From Endomicrobiaceae bacterium (lineage in GTDB: Bacteria; Elusimicrobiota; Endomicrobiia; Endomicrobiales; Endomicrobiaceae): a stretch of 34,359 nt of DNA. The position numbers and the translations under genes were made by a program. The notes beneath the pieces are model-generated. The model saw nothing but the letters and a program-made list of their open reading frames with translations. It was not told the DNA's origin and did no database searches. Positions 17,118 through 25,851 of this stretch are shown here, in pieces; positions within the stretch are counted from its first letter, which is position 1, and every line of letters starts with the position of its first letter. The stretch is taken from the NCBI GenBank assembly GCA_041672565.1, contig JBAYZJ010000001.1:1-34359 (forward strand), given 5' to 3'.

Positions 17118-17142
17118 AATAGTATTTAATAAGGATTAAAAA

Positions 17143-17748
17143 ATGAATAAATTAGCTGTTTTAATTTCAGGCGGCGGATCTAATTTACAGTCAATTATTG
17201 ATTCTACAAAGACCGGGATTTTAAAAGATATTGCGGAAGTTGCGGTTGTTATATCAAGCAACCCCGACGCTTTCGGTCTGCAAAGAGCAAAAAATGAAAA
17301 TATAAAGAATTTTTCTCTCGATTATAAAAATATGCAACGAGAGGAATATGATAGGCGGATTTTTAATATTTTAAAGAATTGCAAGATTGATTTGATTTGC
17401 ATGGCGGGGTATATGAAGAAACTTTCAGATATTATAGTAAACGAATATAAAAAAAAGATATTGAATATTCATCCTGCGCTGCTCCCGAAATTTGGAGGGA
17501 AAGGAATGTACGGGCATTTTGTGCATGAAGCGGTCGTTAAAGCTAAAGAACAAAAGTCCGGAGCTACGGTACATTTTGCCGATGAAAATTATGATACGGG
17601 TGAAATTATAATTCAGGGATATGTGGATGTAGGTGAAAATGATACTCCTGAAATAGTAGCTGAAAAGGTCTTAAAAATAGAACATAAAATATATCCTGAA
17701 GCTATCAAAAAAGTTATAGAATATAATAAAAATAAACTTATAATTTAA
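17143..17748 (+). CDS. purN: Phosphoribosylglycinamide formyltransferase
   Basis: LAVLISGGGSNLQSII, LICMAGYMK, ILNIHPALLP and ATVHFADENYDTGEII motifs. Confidence 0.92.
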   Translation: MNKLAVLISGGGSNLQSIIDSTKTGILKDIAEVAVVISSNPDAFGLQRAKNENIKNFSLDYKNMQREEYDRRIFNILKNCKIDLICMAGYMKKLSDIIVNEYKKKILNIHPALLPKFGGKGMYGHFVHEAVVKAKEQKSGATVHFADENYDTGEIIIQGYVDVGENDTPEIVAEKVLKIEHKIYPEAIKKVIEYNKNKLII

Positions 17749-17775
17749 TGCTATACTTCCTGTTTGAGGAAAGAA

Positions 17776-19218
17776 GTGAAAAAAATACTTTATTTAGTAA
17801 TATCCGTTGTAATAATAATTATAATAAGCGTTTTAATATTCGAGTTGTTTTTACAATGTATTCCTGTTATTTACAGAAATTTGCCTAAAGATGATAAAAA
17901 AACATATGTTTATATACTGGGAGAGTCTTCCTCATGGGGGCATCCTTATAAAGGTAAAATTTCTTTTTCTAAAATAATAGACTACTATATTAACACTGAA
18001 ATAGATGGGAAAGAAGTAGAATTTATTATGCTGGCAGAAGACGGGCAGAGATTATCTCAACAGTATTTGAGATATTACAAGTATAAACTTTTTCATCCGT
18101 TCAGAAAAGGTATTTTACTCGCTTATATGGGAACAAATGATTGGTCTTATAATTTTTCTGAGGGTTCAAATACCTGGTATTTAAATATATATTTATTGGG
18201 ATTTGTTAAAAATTATTTTAATAATATGCCTAATTTTAGATATGAATATGAGAAAATTGTTTTTTCAGCGCAGAAATTCGGAGATGAAATTTATTTATCA
18301 ACAATATTAGGTAATTATGCGGGCTGCAGACCAAACAACATTATTTCGTTGATGAATGATGAAGAATTAAGAAAAGAAATTATTGAAATAGATAATTTAA
18401 TAAGTAATAAAGAATATGATGCTGCGTTTAAAAAATGTAATAATTTATTGGATGTGCGGAAAGATAAATCGCAAATATGGTACAGAATAGGTAAAATATA
18501 TGAAAGACGTAAACAAATTAAAGAAGCAAATGCTGCCTATCTTAACGGGATTGAATACGGCGAGGATCCAAGACCTACAAGATACCAGAATAAAATAATA
18601 AGAGAGCTTGCCGTAAAATATGACGTACCTTTGGTAGATGTTTCGGATAAAATAGATAATTTGGATGAAATTATAGGATATAATTATTTTATAGATATTA
18701 TACATCCTGCCGTAAACTTGCACATAATTATTGCAAAAGAATTTTTAAACGCTTTGTCAAAAAGACACAGAATTAATATAATCAGAGAAAATAATGATAT
18801 ATACGGTGTCTCAAAAATTGAAAATGTCATGAATTTTGGCAGACAGGATATGTTTTCGGCTTATCGTGATGCTTTAGGAGAGATATTCTTTTATTCATTT
18901 TATAAAAATATCTCGGATTTATATAATATACCGAAAATGCAGGAGTATATTGAAAAGTTAAAGGAATTGGATAAAGAAATAAACTATGAATCTGAAGGCA
19001 ATATTGAAGAACAAGCAAAAAGAAAAGATATAATTTATATTAGTGAATTGATATTTGCTTATATACAGGGGAATTATTCAAAAGTAAAAGAAATGTTAAA
19101 TAATAAAAAAATTGTGGAAAAAATTAAATTTGAAGAAATAGAAATGCAGTGTTGGTGGGCTTTTAAAAACTGGATTATAGATTTTATGTACAAGACTATT
19201 AATAATGAGGTTGGTTAA
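17776..19218 (+). CDS. Membrane-anchored SGNH/GDSL-like hydrolase with an inserted TPR-like segment; function unknown
   Basis: N-terminal TM helix (ILYLVISVVIIIIISVLIFELFL). SGNH-like blocks occur in the correct order: block I ILGESSSWG, block III YMGTNDW (GxND), block V IDIIHP (DxxH). TPR-like segment YDAAFKKCNNLL...IWYRIGKIYERRKQIKEANAAYLNGIEY. GTG start with SD GAGGA 5 nt upstream; the ORF-track TTG at 17764 is less likely. The CDS is solid; the family call is tentative. Confidence 0.5.
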   Translation: MKKILYLVISVVIIIIISVLIFELFLQCIPVIYRNLPKDDKKTYVYILGESSSWGHPYKGKISFSKIIDYYINTEIDGKEVEFIMLAEDGQRLSQQYLRYYKYKLFHPFRKGILLAYMGTNDWSYNFSEGSNTWYLNIYLLGFVKNYFNNMPNFRYEYEKIVFSAQKFGDEIYLSTILGNYAGCRPNNIISLMNDEELRKEIIEIDNLISNKEYDAAFKKCNNLLDVRKDKSQIWYRIGKIYERRKQIKEANAAYLNGIEYGEDPRPTRYQNKIIRELAVKYDVPLVDVSDKIDNLDEIIGYNYFIDIIHPAVNLHIIIAKEFLNALSKRHRINIIRENNDIYGVSKIENVMNFGRQDMFSAYRDALGEIFFYSFYKNISDLYNIPKMQEYIEKLKELDKEINYESEGNIEEQAKRKDIIYISELIFAYIQGNYSKVKEMLNNKKIVEKIKFEEIEMQCWWAFKNWIIDFMYKTINNEVG

Positions 19219-19239
19219 TATAAAAAAAAAGAGGGAGAT

Positions 19240-20538
19240 ATGATTCCAAGGTATACTAAGCCTGAAATGGCTTCTATTTGGTCAGATGAAAACAGATTTA
19301 AAAAGATGTTAGATGTTGAAATTTATGCGGCAGAAGCGATGTCTCAGTCTGGGGTTATTCCTAAATCAGCAGTTGATAAGGTAAAGAAAAAAGCTAAAAT
19401 TAATATTGACAGAATTAATGAAATAGAGTTAACCGTGAAGCATGACGTCATTTCTTTTTTGACGGCAGTAGTTGAATCCATAGGACCTGAAGCAAGATTC
19501 TTGCATTTGGGCATGACGTCATCTGATGTCCTTGATACCGCGCTTGCGGCTCAGATGAGACAGGCTTGTCTTCTTCTTATAGAAGAAACTAAAAAATTAT
19601 GTGACATAACAAAAAAACTGGCAAAACAATATAAATATACTCCGACAATGGGCAGAACGCACGGTGTTCATGCGGAGCCTACGACATTCGGATTAAAAGT
19701 TGCAACTTGGTACAGCGAATTGAAAAGATCTTTAGACAGATTGCAGTATGCATTGAAAACAGTAAGCTATGGAAAAATTTCCGGAGCTGTCGGAACATTT
19801 GCTCATTTAAGTCCCAAAGTTGAGCAGTATGTATGCAAAAAAATGGGTTTGCTTCCGGAACCTGTTTCAACTCAAATAGTTCCGAGAGACAGACATTCGA
19901 TTTTTTTGTCAGCGATAGCTCATGTAGGAAGCAACCTTGAAAGAATTGCAGTAGAGATAAGACATTTGCAAAGAACTGAAGTCGCCGAAGCCGAAGAGCC
20001 TTTTACAAAAGGTCAAAAAGGGTCTTCCGCAATGCCGCATAAAAGAAATCCTATAATATCGGAGAATATCTGCGGTTTTGCCAGACTTCTTAGAGGTTAT
20101 GCCGTAACGGCCATGGAAAATATAGCTTTATGGCACGAAAGAGATATCAGCCATTCTTCTACTGAGAGAATAATGATGCCTGATGCGACAATCGGACTGC
20201 ATTATATGCTTAAAAGAATGCAGGGGTTGTTATCGGGACTTAATGTATATCCTGAAAACATGCAGATTAATTTAGATAAAACGAAAGACGTTATTTTTTC
20301 AGGCACTTTGCTTTTATCTTTAGTTGATAAAGGGTTAACAAGAGAAAAATCTTATGCTTTAATGCAAAAGCTTGCGTTCGAAGCAAGAGAAAAGAGAATA
20401 AGTCTCGAAGAAGTTGCCTTAAAAAATGATGAAATCAAGAAATATTTGTCGGAAAAAGAAATAAGAAGAGACTGCGACATTAAAACACATTTTAAAAATG
20501 TTGATTTTATCTTCAAAAGAGTTTTTAAAAGCAAATAA
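19240..20538 (+). CDS. purB: Adenylosuccinate lyase
   Basis: 432 aa. YTKPEM, GMTSSDVLDT, GRTHGVHAEPTT and the fumarate-lyase signature GSSAMPHKRNP. SD GAGGGAG lies upstream. Confidence 0.94.
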   Translation: MIPRYTKPEMASIWSDENRFKKMLDVEIYAAEAMSQSGVIPKSAVDKVKKKAKINIDRINEIELTVKHDVISFLTAVVESIGPEARFLHLGMTSSDVLDTALAAQMRQACLLLIEETKKLCDITKKLAKQYKYTPTMGRTHGVHAEPTTFGLKVATWYSELKRSLDRLQYALKTVSYGKISGAVGTFAHLSPKVEQYVCKKMGLLPEPVSTQIVPRDRHSIFLSAIAHVGSNLERIAVEIRHLQRTEVAEAEEPFTKGQKGSSAMPHKRNPIISENICGFARLLRGYAVTAMENIALWHERDISHSSTERIMMPDATIGLHYMLKRMQGLLSGLNVYPENMQINLDKTKDVIFSGTLLLSLVDKGLTREKSYALMQKLAFEAREKRISLEEVALKNDEIKKYLSEKEIRRDCDIKTHFKNVDFIFKRVFKSK

Positions 20539-20566
20539 AAATATAAACATAAAAAGGGAGAATATA

Positions 20567-23500
20567 ATGGGCGGTAAATATAGGCATTATTTAAATAAAG
20601 ACGGCGTTTTCGTCATTGAAAATTATAATTTAGCACCGACGTTTGCAAGCTTTTTCCCGGGGATAGCCGGCGTTAAAGGCATTCCTATGTGGGCGTATTA
20701 TGTTAACAGAGGGCAGTGCATCAGTTCTTTCGGTATAAAAAATAAAAACTATGCAATAATGGAATTTTATCCTGCAAACACGACTTATAATTTAGTAAAT
20801 ACTTTTGGTTTTAGAACGTTTTTGAAAATAAAGAAAGCAAAAGAAACAATATGTTACGAACCGTTTAAGAATAATTCAGTTTCCGTTAAAGATATTAAGC
20901 AGAATATGTATATTTCCGCTCATGAACTTTTAATAGAAGAAATAAATGCAAAAATCGGCGTTAAAATTAACGTGAAATATTTTACTCTGCCTAATCAGCC
21001 TCTGGCGGGTCTTTTAAGATCTGTTACCGTTGAAAATATTTCAAAAACTGACATGTCAGTCGAAATAGCGGACGGCATGCCTAAAGTGCTGCCTTACTAT
21101 ACAAATGTGTATGCGCAAAAATATATGTCGACCACAATACAAGCATGGACAACAGTCGATAATTTTGATAAAAACGGAGTCCCTTTTTACAGGCTGAAAG
21201 TTGAAGTTGAAGACAGACCTGAAGTCGTTGAAATTACGGAAGGGAATTTCTTTTACTCGTTTACGGAAGATAAAAAAACAAAAAAAACCGATATTATAAT
21301 AGATCCTGAAATCTTGTTCGGATCGGATACGAGTTTTTCTTATCCGGAAAATTTGTTTAACGGCGATTTTAAATATCCTAAATCGCAGTTTGCTGATAAT
21401 AAATATCCTTCAGCTTTCAGCTATGTTAAACAAAGTTTGAAATCGGCAAAGCAAATTACGGTATATTCGGTTATAGGACACATTGACAGCGTAGAGTCTT
21501 TAAATAAATATGTAAAAAAACTTGATTCTGTTTATTTTAATGAGAAATGTTTGGAGAATAAAGATTTAATAAATTCTATCACTGACAATATGGCTACAAA
21601 ATCCGCAATACCTGCATTCGACATGTATTGCAGACAAAATTATCTTGATAATGTTATGAGAGGCGGGCTTCCTATAGAGTTTAAATATAATGATAAATCA
21701 GCAATGTATTATGTCTATTCGAGAAAGCACGGCGATTTGGAAAGAGATTATAACGATTTTCAGGTTTCCCCTAATTACTATTCGCAGGGTAACGGAAATT
21801 ACAGAGACGTGAATCAAAACAGAAGAAAAGATATTTTCTTCAATCCTAATGTGAAAGACAGCGCAGTTAAAATATTTTATAATTTGCTTCAGATAGACGG
21901 ATGCAATCCGTTGGTTGTTAAAGGAACATTATTCGTTTTGGACCTGAAAGGATCGGCATATAGAGAGATCATTAAAGATTTGGTTTCAAAAGAAGATGAA
22001 AAAAAATTAAACCGGTTTTTTACAAAACCTTTTGAACCGGGTTCTCTTGCAACATTTATAGAATTTTCAAAAATAAAAACAAAAATAAAATTCGAGGATT
22101 TTATATCTAAAATCGTTACGTCATCCAGGGCGGTCAACGACGCAAGCCACGGAGAAGGATTTTGGGTTGATCACTGGAAATATAATTTTGATTTGGTTGA
22201 AAGTTATTTAAGCGTTTATCCTGAAAAAGAAAGAGAATTATTTTTTAAAGACAAAACATATATATATTACGATTCAGACCATTATGTCTTGCCGAGATCA
22301 AAAAAATATGTTTTAACTCCCGAAGGAACTGTAAGACAATTCGGCTCTGTTGTTAAGTCAGATGAGAAAGCCGCTTTGATTTCTTCAAGGAAAAATAATC
22401 CTAACGCATTAAGAACGAATATGGGTAAAGGCAGTGTTTACAATACTACGCTGGCGTCGAAATTTATTACTTTGATGTCTGTAAAATTTGCAACTTTAGA
22501 CAGTGAAGGCGTAGGAATAGAGATGGAATCTGATAAGCCAGGTTGGTATGACTCATTAAATGGTTTGCCGGGACTTTTCGGTTCTTCGACTCCAGAGGTT
22601 TTTGAGTTAAGAAAACTTATGCTTTTTTTCGGACAAATGCTCAAAAATAATAAAGACGAACAAATATTTGTACCGTTTGAAGTTGCGCTTCTCTTTAAAG
22701 GATTGTTAAAACTTTTGAATCAAAAAACCGATGCATTTACGTTTTGGGATAAAGCTTCTGCGTTAAAAGAAAATTACAGAAATTCCGTTATTTTCGGTAT
22801 AGACGGAAAAGAAGAAGAAATAAAGATTGATGATATATCGGAATTTATAAAAAAAGCCGTAGCAAAAATAAATGCCGGATTAAAGAAAGCTTTAGACAAA
22901 AAAACAAACCTTTATTTGACTTATTTCAGATATGAAGCCGTAAAGTATCAAAAAAACAACGAAAAAAATATAAAAGGGCTTCCTTGCGTAAAAGTTTCTA
23001 AATTTGCTCAATATCCGTTGCCTTTATTCTTAGAGTCCGAAACTCACTTTATGAGAATGGAAACAGATAAAGATAATGCAAAAAAACATTTTAATTCTTT
23101 GAAGAAAAGCGGTTTGTATGATAAGAATTTAAAAATGTATAAAGTTTGTGATTCTTTGTTGAGCGAATCAAATGAAATAGGAAGAACAAGAGTTTTTCTG
23201 CCTGGATGGCTTGAAAATGAGTCAGTATTTATGCATATGGAATTTAAATATCTTTTAGGGCTTTTTAAAGCCGGTCTTTATGAAGAATTTTTTGACTCTG
23301 TAAAAACTTGTTTTCCTTGTTTTTTGGATCCTCAAATCTACGGAAGAAGCATATTGGAAAATTCTTCGTTCATTTCTTCAAGCGCTTTTCCTGATAAAAA
23401 AAACTGGGGGAGAGGTTTTGTCGCAAGGCTCAGCGGGTCTACTGCGGAATTTATTGATATGTGGATAACTATGGTTCTAGGTCAAAAACCATTTTTAACT

Positions 23501-23779
23501 GATGGAAAAAACAATTTGATCTTCAATTTAAGACCTTTAATACATTCTTCTTATTTTGCTAAAGACGGTAAATTTTGCGCAAAATTGTTTTCCTCCACAG
23601 ATATTGTTTATATAAACAAATCAAAGAAAAGTACATATCTTAATGATATGAAAATCAAGAAGATTGAGATATTATGGAAAGACGGCAGAAAAGATGAAGT
23701 TAACGGTTCTGAAATCACGGGACAGTCTGCCGTTGATATAAGATCCAGATTGGCAAAATCAATAATTGCGACTTTCTGA
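20567..23779 (+). CDS. Large (~1070 aa) conserved-looking hypothetical protein; possible distant GH94-like (alpha/alpha)6 glycoside phosphorylase/hydrolase
   Basis: ATG at 20567 with SD AGGGAG 6 nt upstream; the ORF-track start at 20498 would overlap purB. The weak motifs NGNYRDVNQNRR, ESDKPGWYDSLNGL and RLSGSTAEFIDMW recall the RDxxQD, DWNDxLN and GSxxW blocks of GH94/GH65/GH15-type barrels, from memory only. No signal peptide or TM helix is obvious. Confidence 0.35.
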   Translation: MGGKYRHYLNKDGVFVIENYNLAPTFASFFPGIAGVKGIPMWAYYVNRGQCISSFGIKNKNYAIMEFYPANTTYNLVNTFGFRTFLKIKKAKETICYEPFKNNSVSVKDIKQNMYISAHELLIEEINAKIGVKINVKYFTLPNQPLAGLLRSVTVENISKTDMSVEIADGMPKVLPYYTNVYAQKYMSTTIQAWTTVDNFDKNGVPFYRLKVEVEDRPEVVEITEGNFFYSFTEDKKTKKTDIIIDPEILFGSDTSFSYPENLFNGDFKYPKSQFADNKYPSAFSYVKQSLKSAKQITVYSVIGHIDSVESLNKYVKKLDSVYFNEKCLENKDLINSITDNMATKSAIPAFDMYCRQNYLDNVMRGGLPIEFKYNDKSAMYYVYSRKHGDLERDYNDFQVSPNYYSQGNGNYRDVNQNRRKDIFFNPNVKDSAVKIFYNLLQIDGCNPLVVKGTLFVLDLKGSAYREIIKDLVSKEDEKKLNRFFTKPFEPGSLATFIEFSKIKTKIKFEDFISKIVTSSRAVNDASHGEGFWVDHWKYNFDLVESYLSVYPEKERELFFKDKTYIYYDSDHYVLPRSKKYVLTPEGTVRQFGSVVKSDEKAALISSRKNNPNALRTNMGKGSVYNTTLASKFITLMSVKFATLDSEGVGIEMESDKPGWYDSLNGLPGLFGSSTPEVFELRKLMLFFGQMLKNNKDEQIFVPFEVALLFKGLLKLLNQKTDAFTFWDKASALKENYRNSVIFGIDGKEEEIKIDDISEFIKKAVAKINAGLKKALDKKTNLYLTYFRYEAVKYQKNNEKNIKGLPCVKVSKFAQYPLPLFLESETHFMRMETDKDNAKKHFNSLKKSGLYDKNLKMYKVCDSLLSESNEIGRTRVFLPGWLENESVFMHMEFKYLLGLFKAGLYEEFFDSVKTCFPCFLDPQIYGRSILENSSFISSSAFPDKKNWGRGFVARLSGSTAEFIDMWITMVLGQKPFLTDGKNNLIFNLRPLIHSSYFAKDGKFCAKLFSSTDIVYINKSKKSTYLNDMKIKKIEILWKDGRKDEVNGSEITGQSAVDIRSRLAKSIIATF

Positions 23780-23804
23780 TAAAATCTTTTATTCATAAAA
23801 CTTA

Positions 23805-23841
23805 AATTCCGGTCATAACATATGACCGGAATTTTGCTTTT
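23805..23841 (+). terminator. Rho-independent terminator after the 1070-aa gene
   Basis: 13-bp perfect stem AATTCCGGTCATA (23805-23817) / TATGACCGGAATT (23821-23833), with a 3-nt loop, followed by TTGCTTTT. Confidence 0.8.
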
Positions 23842-23934
23842 AAAATAGGTTGATACTATATTTTCTTACATATTTATGAAAAAAACTTTTGAATTTAGTA
23901 AAATAAAAAGAACAATATTAATATGGAGCATTGT

Positions 23935-25851
23935 ATGAATTTGGCAAAAAAAATTATAAAACAGCATTTAGTTTCAGGAACGATGGAAATTGGTAATGAA
24001 ATCGGTCTTAGAATAGATCAAACATTAACTCAAGATGCAACAGGAACAATGGCGTATTTACAGTTTGAGGCAATGGGTGTTCCTAAAGTAAAAACAGAAC
24101 TTTCGGTTAGCTATGTCGATCATAATACTTTACAGTCTGGTTTTGAAAATGCGGATGATCATAAATTTTTGCAGACAATAGCAAATAAATACGGAATAAT
24201 ATTCTCGCCGGCCGGCAGCGGAATTTGTCATCAGGTTCATCTTGAAAGATTCGGAATTCCCGGCAAAACTTTGATCGGTTCGGATTCTCATACGCCTACA
24301 GGCGGAGGAATAGGGATGCTTTCTTTCGGAGCCGGAGGACTTGATGTCGCATGTGCTATGGCGGGGCAGTCTTTTTTTATAACAATGCCTAAAATAGTTA
24401 AGGTGAATTTAACCGGTAAATTGAGACCTTGGGTAAGCGCAAAAGATATTATTTTGGAACTTTTGAGATTGTTGTCGGTTAAAGGCGGCAGAGGTAAAAT
24501 TTTTGAATTTGCAGGAGAAGGCGTTAAGACATTGTCTGTTCCCGAAAGAGCGACAATAACAAATATGGGAACTGAGCTTGGAGCAACGACTACTATATTC
24601 CCTTCGGATGAAATTACGAAAGATTTTTTGAGCAGACAAAACAGAGAAAATGTATGGGTTGAAATGATTGCCGATGATAATTCGGAATATGACGAAGAAA
24701 TTACGATAGATTTAAATGCTTTAGAACCTTTAATTGCTATGCCTCACAGTCCTGATAACGTTAAAAAAGTAAGAGAATTGAAGGGAGTAAAAGTTGATCA
24801 GGTTTGCATAGGTTCTTGCACAAACTCTTCTTTAGCTGATATGATATTGTGTTCAAAAGTCCTGAAGGATAAAAAAATAAATGAAAATACAAGCTTAACT
24901 TTATCTCCTGGTTCTAGGCAGGTTATGTCAATGCTTGCAAGTTCCGGCGAGTTATTTAATATTATAAATGCAGGCGCAAGAATATTGGAGTGCGCATGCG
25001 GTCCTTGTATAGGGATGGGTCAGGCTCCTAAAACTAAAGCCGTTTCTTTAAGAACTTTTAACAGAAATTTTGAAGGCAGAAGCGGAACCAAGGATGCTCA
25101 GGTATTTTTATGTTCTCCTGAAGTTGCGCTTGCGGCTGCTTTGTCCGGAGAAATAACCGATCCTACGGTTTATTTCGGAGCAAAACCTGAAATACAGCTT
25201 CCTGAAAAATTCTATGTTAATGATGAACATTTTCAGAAACCTTCAGAAGAAAATGCTTCCGATATCGTGAGAGGTCCTAATATAAAATCTTTGCCTGAAT
25301 TTGAACCTATGTCTGACACTATAAATGCCGAAGTCGTTTTAAAAGTAGGCGATAATATTTCCACAGATCATATATTGCCTGCAGGCGCAAAGATTCTTCC
25401 TTTAAGATCAAATTTGCCTGCAATATCGGAATTTACTTTCGGCGCGGTTGATAAAGATTTTGTGTCAAGAGCCAAAAATGTCAGAAACGGGATTATTATA
25501 GGAGCCGAAAATTACGGACAGGGTTCTTCAAGAGAGCATGCCGCTCTTGCGCCGAGATATCTCGGAATAAAAATTGTTGTTACCAAATCCTTTGCAAGAA
25601 TACATTTGGCAAATCTTATTAATTTCGGCATCATACCTTTGACCTTTGATAATCCTTCCGATTATGAAAATATCAAACTTGCCGATAAGATAGAATTTGA
25701 AGATATAAAAAATATTATAAGAAGTGATAAAGATTTATTTGTAAAAGTTAATGAAAAAAATATAAAATTAAATTATACTTTCACGGAAAGGCAGAAAGAA
25801 ATTTTATTTTCAGGCGGTTTATTAAATTGGATAAAAGAGAGCATAAAATAA
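23935..25851 (+). CDS. acn: Aconitate hydratase, ~640-aa 'Aquifex-type' putative aconitase
   Basis: RIDQTLTQDATG, GSDSHTPTGG, IGSCTNSS, CGPCIGMG (Fe-S ligands), NRNFEGR, and a swivel domain with GENYGQGSSREHAA. ATG at 23935 preferred because GGAG lies 6 nt upstream; the ORF-track start is 23923. Confidence 0.88.
   Translation: MNLAKKIIKQHLVSGTMEIGNEIGLRIDQTLTQDATGTMAYLQFEAMGVPKVKTELSVSYVDHNTLQSGFENADDHKFLQTIANKYGIIFSPAGSGICHQVHLERFGIPGKTLIGSDSHTPTGGGIGMLSFGAGGLDVACAMAGQSFFITMPKIVKVNLTGKLRPWVSAKDIILELLRLLSVKGGRGKIFEFAGEGVKTLSVPERATITNMGTELGATTTIFPSDEITKDFLSRQNRENVWVEMIADDNSEYDEEITIDLNALEPLIAMPHSPDNVKKVRELKGVKVDQVCIGSCTNSSLADMILCSKVLKDKKINENTSLTLSPGSRQVMSMLASSGELFNIINAGARILECACGPCIGMGQAPKTKAVSLRTFNRNFEGRSGTKDAQVFLCSPEVALAAALSGEITDPTVYFGAKPEIQLPEKFYVNDEHFQKPSEENASDIVRGPNIKSLPEFEPMSDTINAEVVLKVGDNISTDHILPAGAKILPLRSNLPAISEFTFGAVDKDFVSRAKNVRNGIIIGAENYGQGSSREHAALAPRYLGIKIVVTKSFARIHLANLINFGIIPLTFDNPSDYENIKLADKIEFEDIKNIIRSDKDLFVKVNEKNIKLNYTFTERQKEILFSGGLLNWIKESIK

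Noticed and set aside
20498-20566. N-terminal extension of the 1070-aa gene that would overlap purB by 41 nt.
   Set aside because: The ATG at 20567 has a good SD (AGGGAG, 6-nt spacing) and lies after the purB stop. The extension is low-complexity and has no SD.
21272-21287. A7 and A8 homopolymer tracts inside the 1070-aa gene, as possible phase-variation switches. Similar A8-A9 tracts occur near 12530 and 19225.
   Set aside because: Such tracts are expected by composition in a Lys-rich, AT-rich genome, and there is no other contingency-locus feature. Only population read data could show length variation.
23850-23922. Promoter for the aconitase-proA-Bat unit (TTGATA at 23850-23855; TTGAAT at 23889-23894).
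   Set aside because: Neither -35 candidate has a decent -10 hexamer at 16-18 nt spacing. A promoter must lie somewhere after the 23805-23841 terminator, but I cannot place it from sequence alone.
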